Shown in pieces: positions 36,336 through 45,621 of a DNA stretch of 64,000 nucleotides; positions within the stretch are counted from its first letter, which is position 1, and every line of letters begins with the position of its first letter. The notes below the pieces were generated by a model. That model saw only the letters and a list, made by a program, of their open reading frames with translations. It was not told where the DNA came from and made no database searches. Origin of the DNA: an uncultured bacterium (GTDB lineage: Bacteria > Patescibacteriota > Saccharimonadia > UBA4664); contig CAVRET010000001.1 of the NCBI GenBank assembly GCA_963720265.1, positions 133,916 through 197,915 of the forward strand, given 5' to 3'. Made by a program: the position numbers and the translations under genes.

Positions 36336-39300
36336 ATGAAAAAAATCGCCATCGCCATGCTGGGGGTGTTCGCGTTGCTTGCTACGAGCAGTGGCACTGC
36401 CCACGCGATGACTGATGCCGGTCCAAACGGCACTCAAACGAACGGTATTTTCAAAGACAGCTTCACGGTCAATATCTCTCACGGCAATCAGGGTTGTGGT
36501 GGCGCGGGTACCTATTTTAAATACACCTACACCGCAACTACCGATGGTACCCACCAGTACCAGTTCTACGCCGATATAAATGACAATCCGTACGTCATGA
36601 TTGATCAGAGTAACGTTTACACGCCCCTTAATACGACCTGTGGGCAAAGCGTTAGTGGGCATTCGGGGCTGACGTTGATTGATCAGTTTTCAGCGACGAT
36701 TGACAATCAGCCGCCTAGTGCGAGCATCACCACGCCATCGGGGACCGTTAGTACAACGGCAGGCACGTACGAGGTGAGTGGTGTTGCCGGCGATCCGGAA
36801 AATAATCTGAAATCCGTAACAGCTATAGTCAACGGGGCGACGGGCCCTACTGCGACACTGAGCGGAAATACGTTCAAGGTCACCATATCGCTTAAGCCTG
36901 GTGCAAATACCGTCCAGATGCTTGCTACTGATATCGTGGGGCACACAGGCACATCAAATGCCGTCACGATTAATGACACGAGTGGCTCGGGTGGAGGTAG
37001 TGGCGTCTCGGGCGGGAGTGGAAGCGGCTCCAGCACTGGGCAATCTGGCGGCTCAGTCTCGCCTTCTAATTCCACGTCGAGCACTAGTTCCGGCACGTCT
37101 ACGGGCAGTTCGAAATCTTCAGGATCGGGTAGCCCCTCCAATTCGTCTACCTCGCCCCCTCCGATTGTAAATTTTGGTCAGGAACAGATCCTCAACCTAA
37201 CCGATCCGTATGCGGGCGATAGTTCTTCCGCAACAGCAAACGCGCAGGACACGGTACTCGTAGCGGGCGCCACTGGAAGAGCCTACAGCTTACTCGTAAC
37301 TACGATTTTCATTCTGGCGGGTCTGTGCACTTTTGTAATATTTCGGTTTAAGCCAATTTTTGCAGAGCTGGATAAAGACAGATCTGGGCTACGAAGACGC
37401 ATTATTATTATCGTGACATTGCCATCTCTACTGCCATTGCTGGGGTTGGGCTTTCTGGGGTACGAGCAGCTAAGCTTGAGTGTCAAGAATTCACTCAGCA
37501 GCGAGCTCGAAAAAGCTGCTCAGACCTCTGCACTCAAGCTTAGCCGTGAGTTTAGTATTAGGGATTTGGTTATTACCAAAACGGCGAGTGATATCTTGCA
37601 AATCAAGAGCCAGTATCAGGCCCAGCAGCAGCAATTGGCTCAGCAGCAAAGTAGCTGCCAGCAGGTTGTTCAGGCAGATATACCCAAAAAGCAATTTAGC
37701 GGTGTAACCGGCAACAGCAACTGCTTGCCCTTCTTGACTGGTTTCGCACAACTCGCAAGTTCGTCTTCGGCGACAGTGAACGACTACCGGAATGCTTTAA
37801 CCCAGGGAGCCACGCAGGCCAGCAAAACCTTGAGCGATCAGGAGAACCAGCGCGTCAACGAGCTCTTGGGTTCGGTTCGTGACTACTTCCCCGACGTGCT
37901 CGAATTAGATATTGTCGGCACGAGCGATCCAACAACTCCGGAAGCGGTTCTGCCGCGCACTGATTCGAGCCAGTCCACAACCTTGCAAGCGCATAAGAAC
38001 CTGTTCTCCCTCGCGCCAAACGGCAACCTGGCACTACTTGATGCGAGTGGAAACGATGAGCAGCTGTATGTGACATATCCGGTGGTTTTGGGGGGGAAAA
38101 AATTGGGCGGCGCAGTGGCCGCGCTGGATATGCAAAACCAGGATTTTGTTCCAGCAATTTGGAGTTCGACGCCAAAACCGTATGCGGCGGATCAGACGTA
38201 TTTTATTACGGACAGCGGGCAACTGATTATACCGACACCGAGTGATAGCCTGCATACTGCTCAGATCGCTGCGCTAGCCAAAAACTCATCCGGGGATGTC
38301 TATAGCTTGAAATTAGCCAGTCAGACCCTCGCAACCAGGACATCGCCCGTAAGCGATACCAACTGGGTGGTGGCTGTTGGTGCACCGGCCAGTTCCGTGC
38401 TGGCGCCGCTGGCCGGCATTCAGCGAACAGCGCTTCTTGCAATCGCCGGCTTTATCCTGCTCTCATTGTTGCTCGGCCTGTGGTTTGTTAGTGGTATTGC
38501 TGGCGAAATAGAGGCCTTGCTCCAGGGTGCTTTAACGTTTGCCAAAGGGAATCTCGACTTTAAGATTAAGCTGGGTCATCGGGATGAATTGCGTGTTTTG
38601 GGCGATACGATGAACCAGATGGCAGTGGATATTAAATCGGCTCAGGCCGCGCTCGTGGAAAAAGACAAAGAGTTTATAAATGTAGCTACCCATGAGCTGA
38701 GATCTCCCATGACGTCAATCATCGGTAACCTAAGTATGGTTATTGAAGATGGCATGGGACAGGTTGATGATGATGCCCGCAAGATGATCGAGCAGGCCTA
38801 TATGGGCACAAAGCGATTGCGCGATCTCGTAAACGACATGCTTGATGTGGCCAGGTTAGAAGCCGGGCATACCGAGTTTAAACCTGAGCCGGTGGATATT
38901 TCGGCGATCGGAAAGGCGGTGGTAGAGATGAACGCCGTCCCGGCCGAGCAAGCGGGCGTGACACTGGTTTATGCACCTGCGACGATTCCGAATGTTTTGG
39001 CTGATAAAAATCGGGTCCAAATTGTCTTGACCAATTTCGTGAGCAATGCCATTAAATACAACAAAAAGGGTGGATCGGTAACGGTTTCTCATGCAATCGT
39101 AGGCGATTCATTGGTCACATCGGTGGCTGATACTGGATTGGGCATACCGGAAGACCAACAGCCACATATATTTGAGAAGTTTTTCCGCGTTCAACACGCT
39201 GATCGGAGTAACGTCCCGGGAACCGGTCTTGGTATGTACATCACAAAGCAGTGCGTGGAGGCAATGGGCGGCAAGGTTTCGTTTACTTCAGTTCATGGTC

Positions 39301-39392
39301 AGGGTACGACGTTTAAGTTTAGTCTGCCGTTGCAACCGGCGGACAGTACGCCGGTTACTTCTATCGCATCTCGACCGCCGGGAGCCGGCTAA
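36336..39392 (+). CDS. large sensor histidine kinase: signal peptide, Ig-like ectodomain, Ser/Gly-rich stalk, TM hairpin, dCache-like domain, TM, HAMP, HisKA, HATPase_c
   Basis: H-box ATHELRSPMTSIIGN, N/G boxes (NFVSNAIKYN, DTGLGI, GTGLGM). Low-complexity GSGGGSG.../STSS tracts. Three hydrophobic segments. Confidence 0.85.
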   Translation: MKKIAIAMLGVFALLATSSGTAHAMTDAGPNGTQTNGIFKDSFTVNISHGNQGCGGAGTYFKYTYTATTDGTHQYQFYADINDNPYVMIDQSNVYTPLNTTCGQSVSGHSGLTLIDQFSATIDNQPPSASITTPSGTVSTTAGTYEVSGVAGDPENNLKSVTAIVNGATGPTATLSGNTFKVTISLKPGANTVQMLATDIVGHTGTSNAVTINDTSGSGGGSGVSGGSGSGSSTGQSGGSVSPSNSTSSTSSGTSTGSSKSSGSGSPSNSSTSPPPIVNFGQEQILNLTDPYAGDSSSATANAQDTVLVAGATGRAYSLLVTTIFILAGLCTFVIFRFKPIFAELDKDRSGLRRRIIIIVTLPSLLPLLGLGFLGYEQLSLSVKNSLSSELEKAAQTSALKLSREFSIRDLVITKTASDILQIKSQYQAQQQQLAQQQSSCQQVVQADIPKKQFSGVTGNSNCLPFLTGFAQLASSSSATVNDYRNALTQGATQASKTLSDQENQRVNELLGSVRDYFPDVLELDIVGTSDPTTPEAVLPRTDSSQSTTLQAHKNLFSLAPNGNLALLDASGNDEQLYVTYPVVLGGKKLGGAVAALDMQNQDFVPAIWSSTPKPYAADQTYFITDSGQLIIPTPSDSLHTAQIAALAKNSSGDVYSLKLASQTLATRTSPVSDTNWVVAVGAPASSVLAPLAGIQRTALLAIAGFILLSLLLGLWFVSGIAGEIEALLQGALTFAKGNLDFKIKLGHRDELRVLGDTMNQMAVDIKSAQAALVEKDKEFINVATHELRSPMTSIIGNLSMVIEDGMGQVDDDARKMIEQAYMGTKRLRDLVNDMLDVARLEAGHTEFKPEPVDISAIGKAVVEMNAVPAEQAGVTLVYAPATIPNVLADKNRVQIVLTNFVSNAIKYNKKGGSVTVSHAIVGDSLVTSVADTGLGIPEDQQPHIFEKFFRVQHADRSNVPGTGLGMYITKQCVEAMGGKVSFTSVHGQGTTFKFSLPLQPADSTPVTSIASRPPGAG

Positions 39393-39589
39393 CGTCTGCG
39401 CGCCCGAGAGTACAGCAGCATGAATGCCCAAAAAACCGCAAGCGTATATAGATGATAGTCGATCTGGTGGGCGACCCTCCAAGTTATTCATTGGTGTGTA
39501 CACCAGTTCTCGTGACTATACCCGTTACGCAACCATGCCCCACCCTGTATCGTTGTGCCAAGTGCACTAAATAAGGTACGGGAGGTGTC

Positions 39590-40063
39590 ATGTTGGGACC
39601 AATAGATTACATAGTAGTTGGCTTTAGGGGCAATCGCTTCGACGGGAGTATTCTGGATGAATTGTCGGACGCGGTAGAAAGCGGAGTTATACGTGTTATA
39701 GATCTGCTGTTTATCGTGAAGAACGAGGACGGCAGTGTGGTTGGCGGTGAGGTAAAGGACCAGCCCGAAGAGCTCAAAGCGCTGATGCGAGAGATCGTCC
39801 ACGAAGATAGTCTGCCGATGCTGAGCGAAGAAGACATGGGGAAAATCGCGGACAAGATGGAGAATGATACAGCGGCCGGAGTGCTGGTAGTCGAGCACTT
39901 ATGGGCCAAGGGGCTAAAGAAGGCCATCCTGGATGCAGGAGGATTTCTCATTGACGATGGCCGTATCCACCCTGAAATCGTAGCCGCTGTAATGCAAGAA
40001 ATCGAAATGGAAGAGCGCGATATGAAGAAGCAGAAGCAAATGCAAGAGACTAAAAAAGCATAA
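39590..40063 (+). CDS. hypothetical acidic protein with internal repeat and Lys/Glu-rich tail
   Basis: 157-aa ORF. RBS GGAGG upstream. Two similar halves (IDYIVVGF.. / GVLVVEHLW..). Confidence 0.5.
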   Translation: MLGPIDYIVVGFRGNRFDGSILDELSDAVESGVIRVIDLLFIVKNEDGSVVGGEVKDQPEELKALMREIVHEDSLPMLSEEDMGKIADKMENDTAAGVLVVEHLWAKGLKKAILDAGGFLIDDGRIHPEIVAAVMQEIEMEERDMKKQKQMQETKKA

Positions 40064-40073
40064 GGAGGATATT

Positions 40074-40160
40074 ATGCCATTGGGTAGGCCACTCACACCA
40101 GTTTCAGCTGCCGGAGTCCACCGGCGGCGCCGCCGCCGCGGCCGCCGCGGACTGCTCTAA
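40074..40160 (+). CDS. candidate mini-ORF encoding a 28-aa poly-arginine peptide (MPLGRPLTPVSAAGVHRRRRRRGRRGLL)
   Basis: AAGGAGG with 5-nt spacer before ATG. Ends TAA immediately before a perfect terminator. Built on a (CGG/CGC)n tract. Confidence 0.3.
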   Translation: MPLGRPLTPVSAAGVHRRRRRRGRRGLL

Positions 40161-40162
40161 CA

Positions 40163-40195
40163 CTATTAAGTAGCCGCGCATTGCGCGGCTACTTA
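40163..40195. terminator. perfect 13-bp-stem hairpin ttaagtagccgcg cattgc cgcggctacttaa (bidirectional)
   Basis: Read directly. Between the plus-strand operon and the convergent minus-strand gene. Confidence 0.55.
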
Positions 40196-40274
40196 ATTAG
40201 AATTGGGTCAATTCCGATGGCAAAACCTTTTTGATCTCAAGGTTCGCAATCCGTCTGCTAAAGGGTACCAGTAC

Positions 40275-40880
40275 TTATTCAAATGTGCCGGTCTTAACCT
40301 CGCCGAACCTTTTGTAATTGGCGAAGATGACGCCCTTCCGCGTGGTTTTGGATTCAATAAGCTCGAAGGCTGCCGGCATGGTCCCTTCGGCGAATAAGCG
40401 CTTGCCTTTGGCGAGTGTGACAGGAAATAGCTTTAGCCACAGTTCGTCAATGAGGTCGTTCTTCAGCAACGTCTGGATTAGCTTGCCGCTGCCGTGCACT
40501 TGCAGCATTGGACCATCTAGCGTTTTAAGCTCTTTTAATTTCGCAGCTATGTCGCCCTCGATGAGCACGGATTTTTCCCAGGTCAATTTTGGCGATGAGC
40601 TGGAAACGACATATTTTGTAGCTTTATTGAAAGGATTACCGACGCTCGGTGGACCTTGCGTCGGCCAGTATGCCGCGAATATGTCGTAGGTTTTTCTGCC
40701 CAGCAGCAAATCAAACGGCACACTCATCTGTTCGAGCATGAGCTGGCCTGAAAATTCATCAGAGTAAGGTGCGGTCCAACCGCCATACTGAAATCCGCCT
40801 GAGGTATCTTCTTCCGGCCCGCCCGGAGCCTGCATGATGCCGTCAAGACTGATGAAACTTAATACGACTATTTTTCTCAT
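40275..40880 (-). CDS. dihydrofolate-reductase-like (RibD C-terminal domain) family protein
   Basis: MRKIVV..SLDG N-terminus and overall RibD_C/DHFR-like pattern. Confidence 0.6.
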   Translation of the reverse strand: MRKIVVLSFISLDGIMQAPGGPEEDTSGGFQYGGWTAPYSDEFSGQLMLEQMSVPFDLLLGRKTYDIFAAYWPTQGPPSVGNPFNKATKYVVSSSSPKLTWEKSVLIEGDIAAKLKELKTLDGPMLQVHGSGKLIQTLLKNDLIDELWLKLFPVTLAKGKRLFAEGTMPAAFELIESKTTRKGVIFANYKRFGEVKTGTFE

Positions 40881-40905
40881 TGGATCGTCCTTTCTCGCTT
40901 AAATC

Positions 40906-41277
40906 TTAGAGATGACCAACGGAGCGGTTGAGCGCTCCGGGGTTGGGGTGCGGCGCGAGGTGCAGGCTCACCACTTCGTGCGCCGCGGCTTCAGGGCCGT
41001 GCACGCCCAGAAAGCTATGCTCCATCTCGATTTTATCCCGAACATTAAGATGAGAGTGCTCGATGCTGTTGATAGCGTCGTGGATGGTCGGATGATTCAT
41101 TTTGCCAACCACCTTGAAGCGCTCGCGGTCCATGATCGTATTGTGACCGCTAAATTCCACCAAGTCACCCACCTGGATATTTTGATGGGCGGCGTCGTTG
41201 AGGCGTAGAGCCATGGGGTCTTTATGGCCCAGCAGCTGGTCGTATGCACGGTGCTCGAGGATGTGCGGTTCATTCAT
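40906..41277 (-). CDS. hypothetical protein (possible ASCH/PUA-like)
   Basis: 123-aa His-rich ORF. Family uncertain. Confidence 0.3.
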   Translation of the reverse strand: MNEPHILEHRAYDQLLGHKDPMALRLNDAAHQNIQVGDLVEFSGHNTIMDRERFKVVGKMNHPTIHDAINSIEHSHLNVRDKIEMEHSFLGVHGPEAAAHEVVSLHLAPHPNPGALNRSVGHL

Positions 41278-41400
41278 GAATTGATAATACCCTGCCTTAT
41301 GCGATTGGTGTAACCGTTCTTCATTTCAATATATACAGGCGGCCTGCCGGGCCGGCTGATGGCCCGGCCCGGCAGGTTCAACGACATGCGGGTTCAGTGC

Positions 41401-41763
41401 TTAGCCTCCGGGTAGGCGGACTCGCACCAGCCAGCCCGCTTGGCTGTAGTGGTGCTCGAAGCGAGTACCGCGTACCGCGCCCAGGAGGGCTGCGACCTGG
41501 TCCATGGCGTGCCCGCTATGCTCGATTTCGTCCAGACATCGCTCGATCGGCTTAGTGGAAGGCGCGTGCCAGCTATAGATGATAGTCATCCAAACGCCCG
41601 GCTCCTTGATCGCCAGTTGGTAGAGCCTCAGTGTGGCATTAAGACTCCAAACGCCCACCCCCCACTTCTTGCAATAACTTTCGAGAACGCATCGGGCAGT
41701 TGCCATGTCAGTGCCGGCAAGTTCAGCCTCAAGTACCGATTGCCTTGCGGCGACCGTGACCAT
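41401..41763 (-). CDS. hypothetical protein
   Basis: 120-aa ORF. GC hairpin 3' of it at about 41327-41364. Confidence 0.4.
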   Translation of the reverse strand: MVTVAARQSVLEAELAGTDMATARCVLESYCKKWGVGVWSLNATLRLYQLAIKEPGVWMTIIYSWHAPSTKPIERCLDEIEHSGHAMDQVAALLGAVRGTRFEHHYSQAGWLVRVRLPGG

Positions 41764-41869
41764 TGTGTCTCCCGTTCTCGTCGAGTGGGATCGTCGTTGT
41801 CATTCGGCTGCTTGGCCGGATGTGATGGTGATTATTAAATTTATTCCTGAGTTTGTCAATGCCTGAGAA

Positions 41870-43034
41870 CTGAACCACCCCACACTTCACACTCCACTCC
41901 AGACGATTTGTCCCGAGGCTTGCTGCAATTGCTCGTATGCCTGGCGCAGCCAGGACGTTTGCTTCTTGGGGTTGGCGCTTGTCACGGTTTGTTTAGTGGG
42001 CTTCGTTTCCAGATAAAGTAGTGCAATGCCAAGGCTGACCAGCCACAAGATGAGCTTTAGGTTATGCGGCTTGGTTAACCTGGTGCGTTTGTACTCAAAG
42101 ATGTGTTTAATGTCCCGAAAGGTCTCTTCAATCTCGAATCGGTGGTAGTAGATCCGAATAATCTTGGCCCGGCTACTTTTGAAATCATTGGTCAGGATGT
42201 ACCACGGTTCCTTGGCACGCCGGCTCTTGGGTGAGCGAACGACCCTGAGAGTCAACCCGTATATATGGACCGTGGTATCCCGGTCTACTAAGGAACTAAC
42301 CTCGGTCACCTCGCCGTCACATTCAACATATCGCCCTGCCTTGAGGCGGACATAGAAGGTAGCGTTTGCTGCTGCTAGATGCGTCACAATGGACCGGTTG
42401 CCAAAACCGCGGTCAAAGACCAGTCGGGGCCAGAAGCCGAGCCGGTCAGCCATGGCTTGGAGGCTAGTGACGGTATGCTCGGTAAAAGACTGCTGCCGGC
42501 GGGCCGCTTGCATGGCAGCTCTGAGTTTCTTCCAGTGCGGAGCGGCATTCTCGTGGGCAGGAATATGGTGAGCGTAAGTGGTCTCAACCATACAAGGGAG
42601 GGATCTGCCCTTCCGGGTTTGTACGGCACCTACCAAGGCTGTGAGCCCATGCATGTCCGAGTGATCTACATTTACATAGCTGCGTGGTTTGACGAGCGCC
42701 AGCTGGTCAAAAACCTCTCCGAGCTGGTCGGTAAAGGCGGTGTTTTGGAACATGCGCTCTGCCTTACGCAGACCGGTGTGGGGGTTGGCAACCACCATGC
42801 GGGCATTGCCGCTGGCGCTCTGGAAAGCTCTAAGTCCGTATGCCTGCAGGCCAAACGACAGCTGCGTCCGCCAACGGCTCGGCACACTGGGCATTAATTG
42901 CTTTTGTATACGAGTACGGATACCCCGTACAATATTGGGTGACGACATATTTGTTTTCCTGTTTGTTTTGAAGTGGACAGAAAACAGTGTGTCGTCTTTT
43001 TAGTTGCAGCTCAAGGAAGTGTGGGGTGGTTCAG
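41870..43034 (-). mobile_element. IS4-family insertion sequence (1165 bp) with 18-19 bp terminal inverted repeats and 9-bp target-site duplication GCCTGAGAA
   Basis: IRL CTGAACCACCCCACACTTC (41870-41888) and IRR GAAGTGTGGGGTGGTTCAG (43016-43034). Flanking direct repeat gcctgagaa at 41861-41869 and 43035-43043. Confidence 0.8.
41887..42948 (-). CDS. IS4-family DDE transposase
   Basis: C-terminal Y-2-R-3-E-6-K signature (YYHRFEIEETFRDIK). 353 aa. Confidence 0.8.
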   Translation of the reverse strand: MSSPNIVRGIRTRIQKQLMPSVPSRWRTQLSFGLQAYGLRAFQSASGNARMVVANPHTGLRKAERMFQNTAFTDQLGEVFDQLALVKPRSYVNVDHSDMHGLTALVGAVQTRKGRSLPCMVETTYAHHIPAHENAAPHWKKLRAAMQAARRQQSFTEHTVTSLQAMADRLGFWPRLVFDRGFGNRSIVTHLAAANATFYVRLKAGRYVECDGEVTEVSSLVDRDTTVHIYGLTLRVVRSPKSRRAKEPWYILTNDFKSSRAKIIRIYYHRFEIEETFRDIKHIFEYKRTRLTKPHNLKLILWLVSLGIALLYLETKPTKQTVTSANPKKQTSWLRQAYEQLQQASGQIVWSGV

Positions 43035-43083
43035 GCCTGAGAACAAAGCGCACCTGGCTGCCAATTGTTGCTACTATGGGATC

Positions 43084-43902
43084 ATGACGGAAGACGAAAG
43101 ACCTCCTACCTCGTGGCATGCAAACCATCTCAATAATGCGGCGCGCCTGTTCGGGCTCGCTATTCTTGTGGTCGTGGCTTTTGAGGTGTACCGCTATTTG
43201 TTGCGCGATCTTGTGTCTGGATGGACCGTGTTTTGGGCATATCTGGCGCTGTGGTTGTTCAGCGCCTATATTGTTTTGCCCAGGCTGTACCGGATCTTGT
43301 CGAAGATTTTTTTGCCGAATTATTTTATTGGCCGTACGCAGACTGGCGACGGACTGCTTGGCGACCCGGTGAACTTGGCGATTATCGGAACCCGGCGCGA
43401 GCTAGAGCATGTCATGACCACGGCTGGCTGGCATAAGGCGGCGCCACTCGGTTTTGGCTCTTCTGTGCGGATTGCCGTTTGCACCGTGGGTGGTAAGTCA
43501 TATCCGGATGCTCCGGTCAGCCCACTGTATTTGTTTCATCAGAAGCAGGATTTGGCGTTTGAGAAAGATGTTGACGAAAATCCTAGAAAGCGTCACCATG
43601 TGCGTTTTTGGAAGACGCCGGAGAACTGGTGGCTGCCGGGTGGTTTTAGGGCCGATTGGCTGGGCGCTGCGACATACGACAAGAACGTTGGTTTGTCGCT
43701 CTTTACCGGCCAGATTACACATAAGATTGATGCTAATGTGGACGGCGAGCGTGATTTCGTGGTCAGGGATGTAAAGGCTGCTGATAAGCGAGTTGATGTG
43801 CGGATGGTTGAGCACTTTACCACGAGTTACCATTCGCGCAACGGTGGCGGCGATCTTATTCACACTGACGGCGCACTAACATTTGTGACACTTCCGAACT
43901 AG
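43084..43902 (+). CDS. membrane protein with C-terminal globular domain (LssY_C-like?), hypothetical
   Basis: The ORF-track start (42973) lies inside the IS. Start reassigned to MTEDERPP (ATG 43084). Two TM helices. Confidence 0.45.
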   Translation: MTEDERPPTSWHANHLNNAARLFGLAILVVVAFEVYRYLLRDLVSGWTVFWAYLALWLFSAYIVLPRLYRILSKIFLPNYFIGRTQTGDGLLGDPVNLAIIGTRRELEHVMTTAGWHKAAPLGFGSSVRIAVCTVGGKSYPDAPVSPLYLFHQKQDLAFEKDVDENPRKRHHVRFWKTPENWWLPGGFRADWLGAATYDKNVGLSLFTGQITHKIDANVDGERDFVVRDVKAADKRVDVRMVEHFTTSYHSRNGGGDLIHTDGALTFVTLPN

Positions 43903-43910
43903 ACCTATCG

Positions 43911-45548
43911 CTAGCCTGAGGGCGCGATGGCGGCGCCGAGGTCGTGGCTGTAGATAAGAATTGTTTCTGAGCCTTCTTGCACCCTGCGCGCCGGCTGCCC
44001 AAATTCGGCAATATCTTGCTTTGCTGTACAGGCCATGTCGTCGGCAGAAGTACTGCCGGCCAGAATGAAACTTTGGGCGGCCGGCCGGCCATACAGACTC
44101 GAATCGACTAGTGTTAAGTAGCGCTTGGTACGTCCGTTCACGCAATTTATAGGAAGAAAGTGGATCCGCCCACCAGACAGATAAGTGTTGATATTACCGT
44201 TCCAGTAGCCCGCGTAACCCTTGGTGAGACCAAACTGTTCGAGGGTGGCGACGAGGCTATAGTTGAGGGCGTTGCCTGGATTGCCCTGAGTAATGCGGCG
44301 CTCAGGGTGACTCGCGACATGCAGACTGGCGATCAGGTTGAGACCGATGGCAGCTACAAGTAGCAGACGCATAAAGTGGCGGCCGGCATTACTATGGAGT
44401 TCGGCCGTAAATGCTGTAAGAAGCAAAATTCCGGCGTACACCGCGATTACAAAATAGCGATAGGCTGTGATGTCATTTGGTATGTCACTCAAGAGCCAGG
44501 CGACTAGCACGAATGCATTCAAGGCGGCGAAAAACAGCATGACAAGCGTTTCGGGGCGTTTCCAGGCGCCGGCCGGTAACCGCGGCGCGCGTCGCAGTAG
44601 CCCGGCGGTCATGTATATGATGAAGCCCAGCAGGGCGAGGTTGGCGAGCGCGGCGAGTGCTGATACGCTATTCGGTCTCAGGCCGAAGAAGTTGGCGCCG
44701 AATATAATTAACAGCCCCTGGAGCGCCAGCGAAAGGTGGACAAAGAAGGCATTGAACGTGACAAAGTTATCCGGAGTACCGGCGTGCATTAGCAAATGCA
44801 AGGACCTGGCGATGAGTTTTGTTGCGAGAGCAGCAATACCCGCGACGAGGGCAAGCCCAACAACGGTCAACAGCGCCTCGGCTTTGATCCGCTTGTAGAC
44901 GTAGAGCAGTCCAAACGCGGCGATAATTGGCGCCACCACAAAGTAGAAGAAATACGTATCGCTGTAGATGAGGACGCCCGCCAAGCAACACATGCCGAGG
45001 GTTGCGAGTTTCGCGCGGAGTGAACCCAGTGGCCGTGTCTCGCCCAGATAAAACTTGGTGGCAAGCATAAAGTAGATAAACGACAGCCCGATCTCGAAAT
45101 CGCGCCAGCAGGTATTGAGGAACAAACTGGTGAAGCCGTAGCCAAAGCTGGCCAGCCATAGTATTGGCAGGAGGTTGGCGACTGACCGCTCAATCTTAAA
45201 CAGCTTGAGAAAGTACAGTATGGCAATGTAAAACATGATGAAATTAGCGACCGCAAAGACGGCTGCTTCGATCCAGATCAGCGTCCGGGTGGGCGCGAAT
45301 AGCTGCCCAATGATCCAAATGAGGGGCGCGTTGATAATAAAGTTATCGTTGCCGCCCATGTACACTACATGTCCGTTCAGGGGCGTCCAGCTCATAAAGG
45401 TGGTTTGCCACGATACGTCGTCGCTGCTGTACGGCGCCGCGCCTTGGATGATATATAGGTTGATAAGCTTGAGAACCAAGGCCAGCACCAACACAATGAC
45501 CGTTGGCCGGCGCAATAATGCTCGTCCTCGTGCTAGCGATGTCTGCAT
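43911..45548 (-). CDS. GT-C-type glycosyltransferase (ArnT/PMT-like) polytopic membrane protein
   Basis: More than 10 TM helices plus C-terminal extracytoplasmic domain. Start trimmed to MQTSLARG (ATG 45548) to remove the antisense overlap with the next gene. Confidence 0.5.
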   Translation of the reverse strand: MQTSLARGRALLRRPTVIVLVLALVLKLINLYIIQGAAPYSSDDVSWQTTFMSWTPLNGHVVYMGGNDNFIINAPLIWIIGQLFAPTRTLIWIEAAVFAVANFIMFYIAILYFLKLFKIERSVANLLPILWLASFGYGFTSLFLNTCWRDFEIGLSFIYFMLATKFYLGETRPLGSLRAKLATLGMCCLAGVLIYSDTYFFYFVVAPIIAAFGLLYVYKRIKAEALLTVVGLALVAGIAALATKLIARSLHLLMHAGTPDNFVTFNAFFVHLSLALQGLLIIFGANFFGLRPNSVSALAALANLALLGFIIYMTAGLLRRAPRLPAGAWKRPETLVMLFFAALNAFVLVAWLLSDIPNDITAYRYFVIAVYAGILLLTAFTAELHSNAGRHFMRLLLVAAIGLNLIASLHVASHPERRITQGNPGNALNYSLVATLEQFGLTKGYAGYWNGNINTYLSGGRIHFLPINCVNGRTKRYLTLVDSSLYGRPAAQSFILAGSTSADDMACTAKQDIAEFGQPARRVQEGSETILIYSHDLGAAIAPSG

Positions 45549-45621
45549 AGCGCTTATCCTCGGCTCGGATTGTAGCATTAACATTCTTTCCTGAACAACT
45601 GATAGTGGGTATGCCTGTGCT

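Noticed and set aside
36707-37141. 144-aa minus-strand ORF inside the large HK
   Set aside because: Antisense to the Ser/Gly-rich low-complexity stalk. Pro/Glu-rich artefact.
40203-40397. 64-aa plus-strand ORF after the terminator
   Set aside because: Overlaps the 3' end of the DHFR-like gene on the opposite strand and lacks an RBS.
42973-43083. Annotated start of the 309-aa membrane protein inside the IS4 element
   Set aside because: First 37 codons lie within the IS terminal repeat. Start reassigned to 43084.
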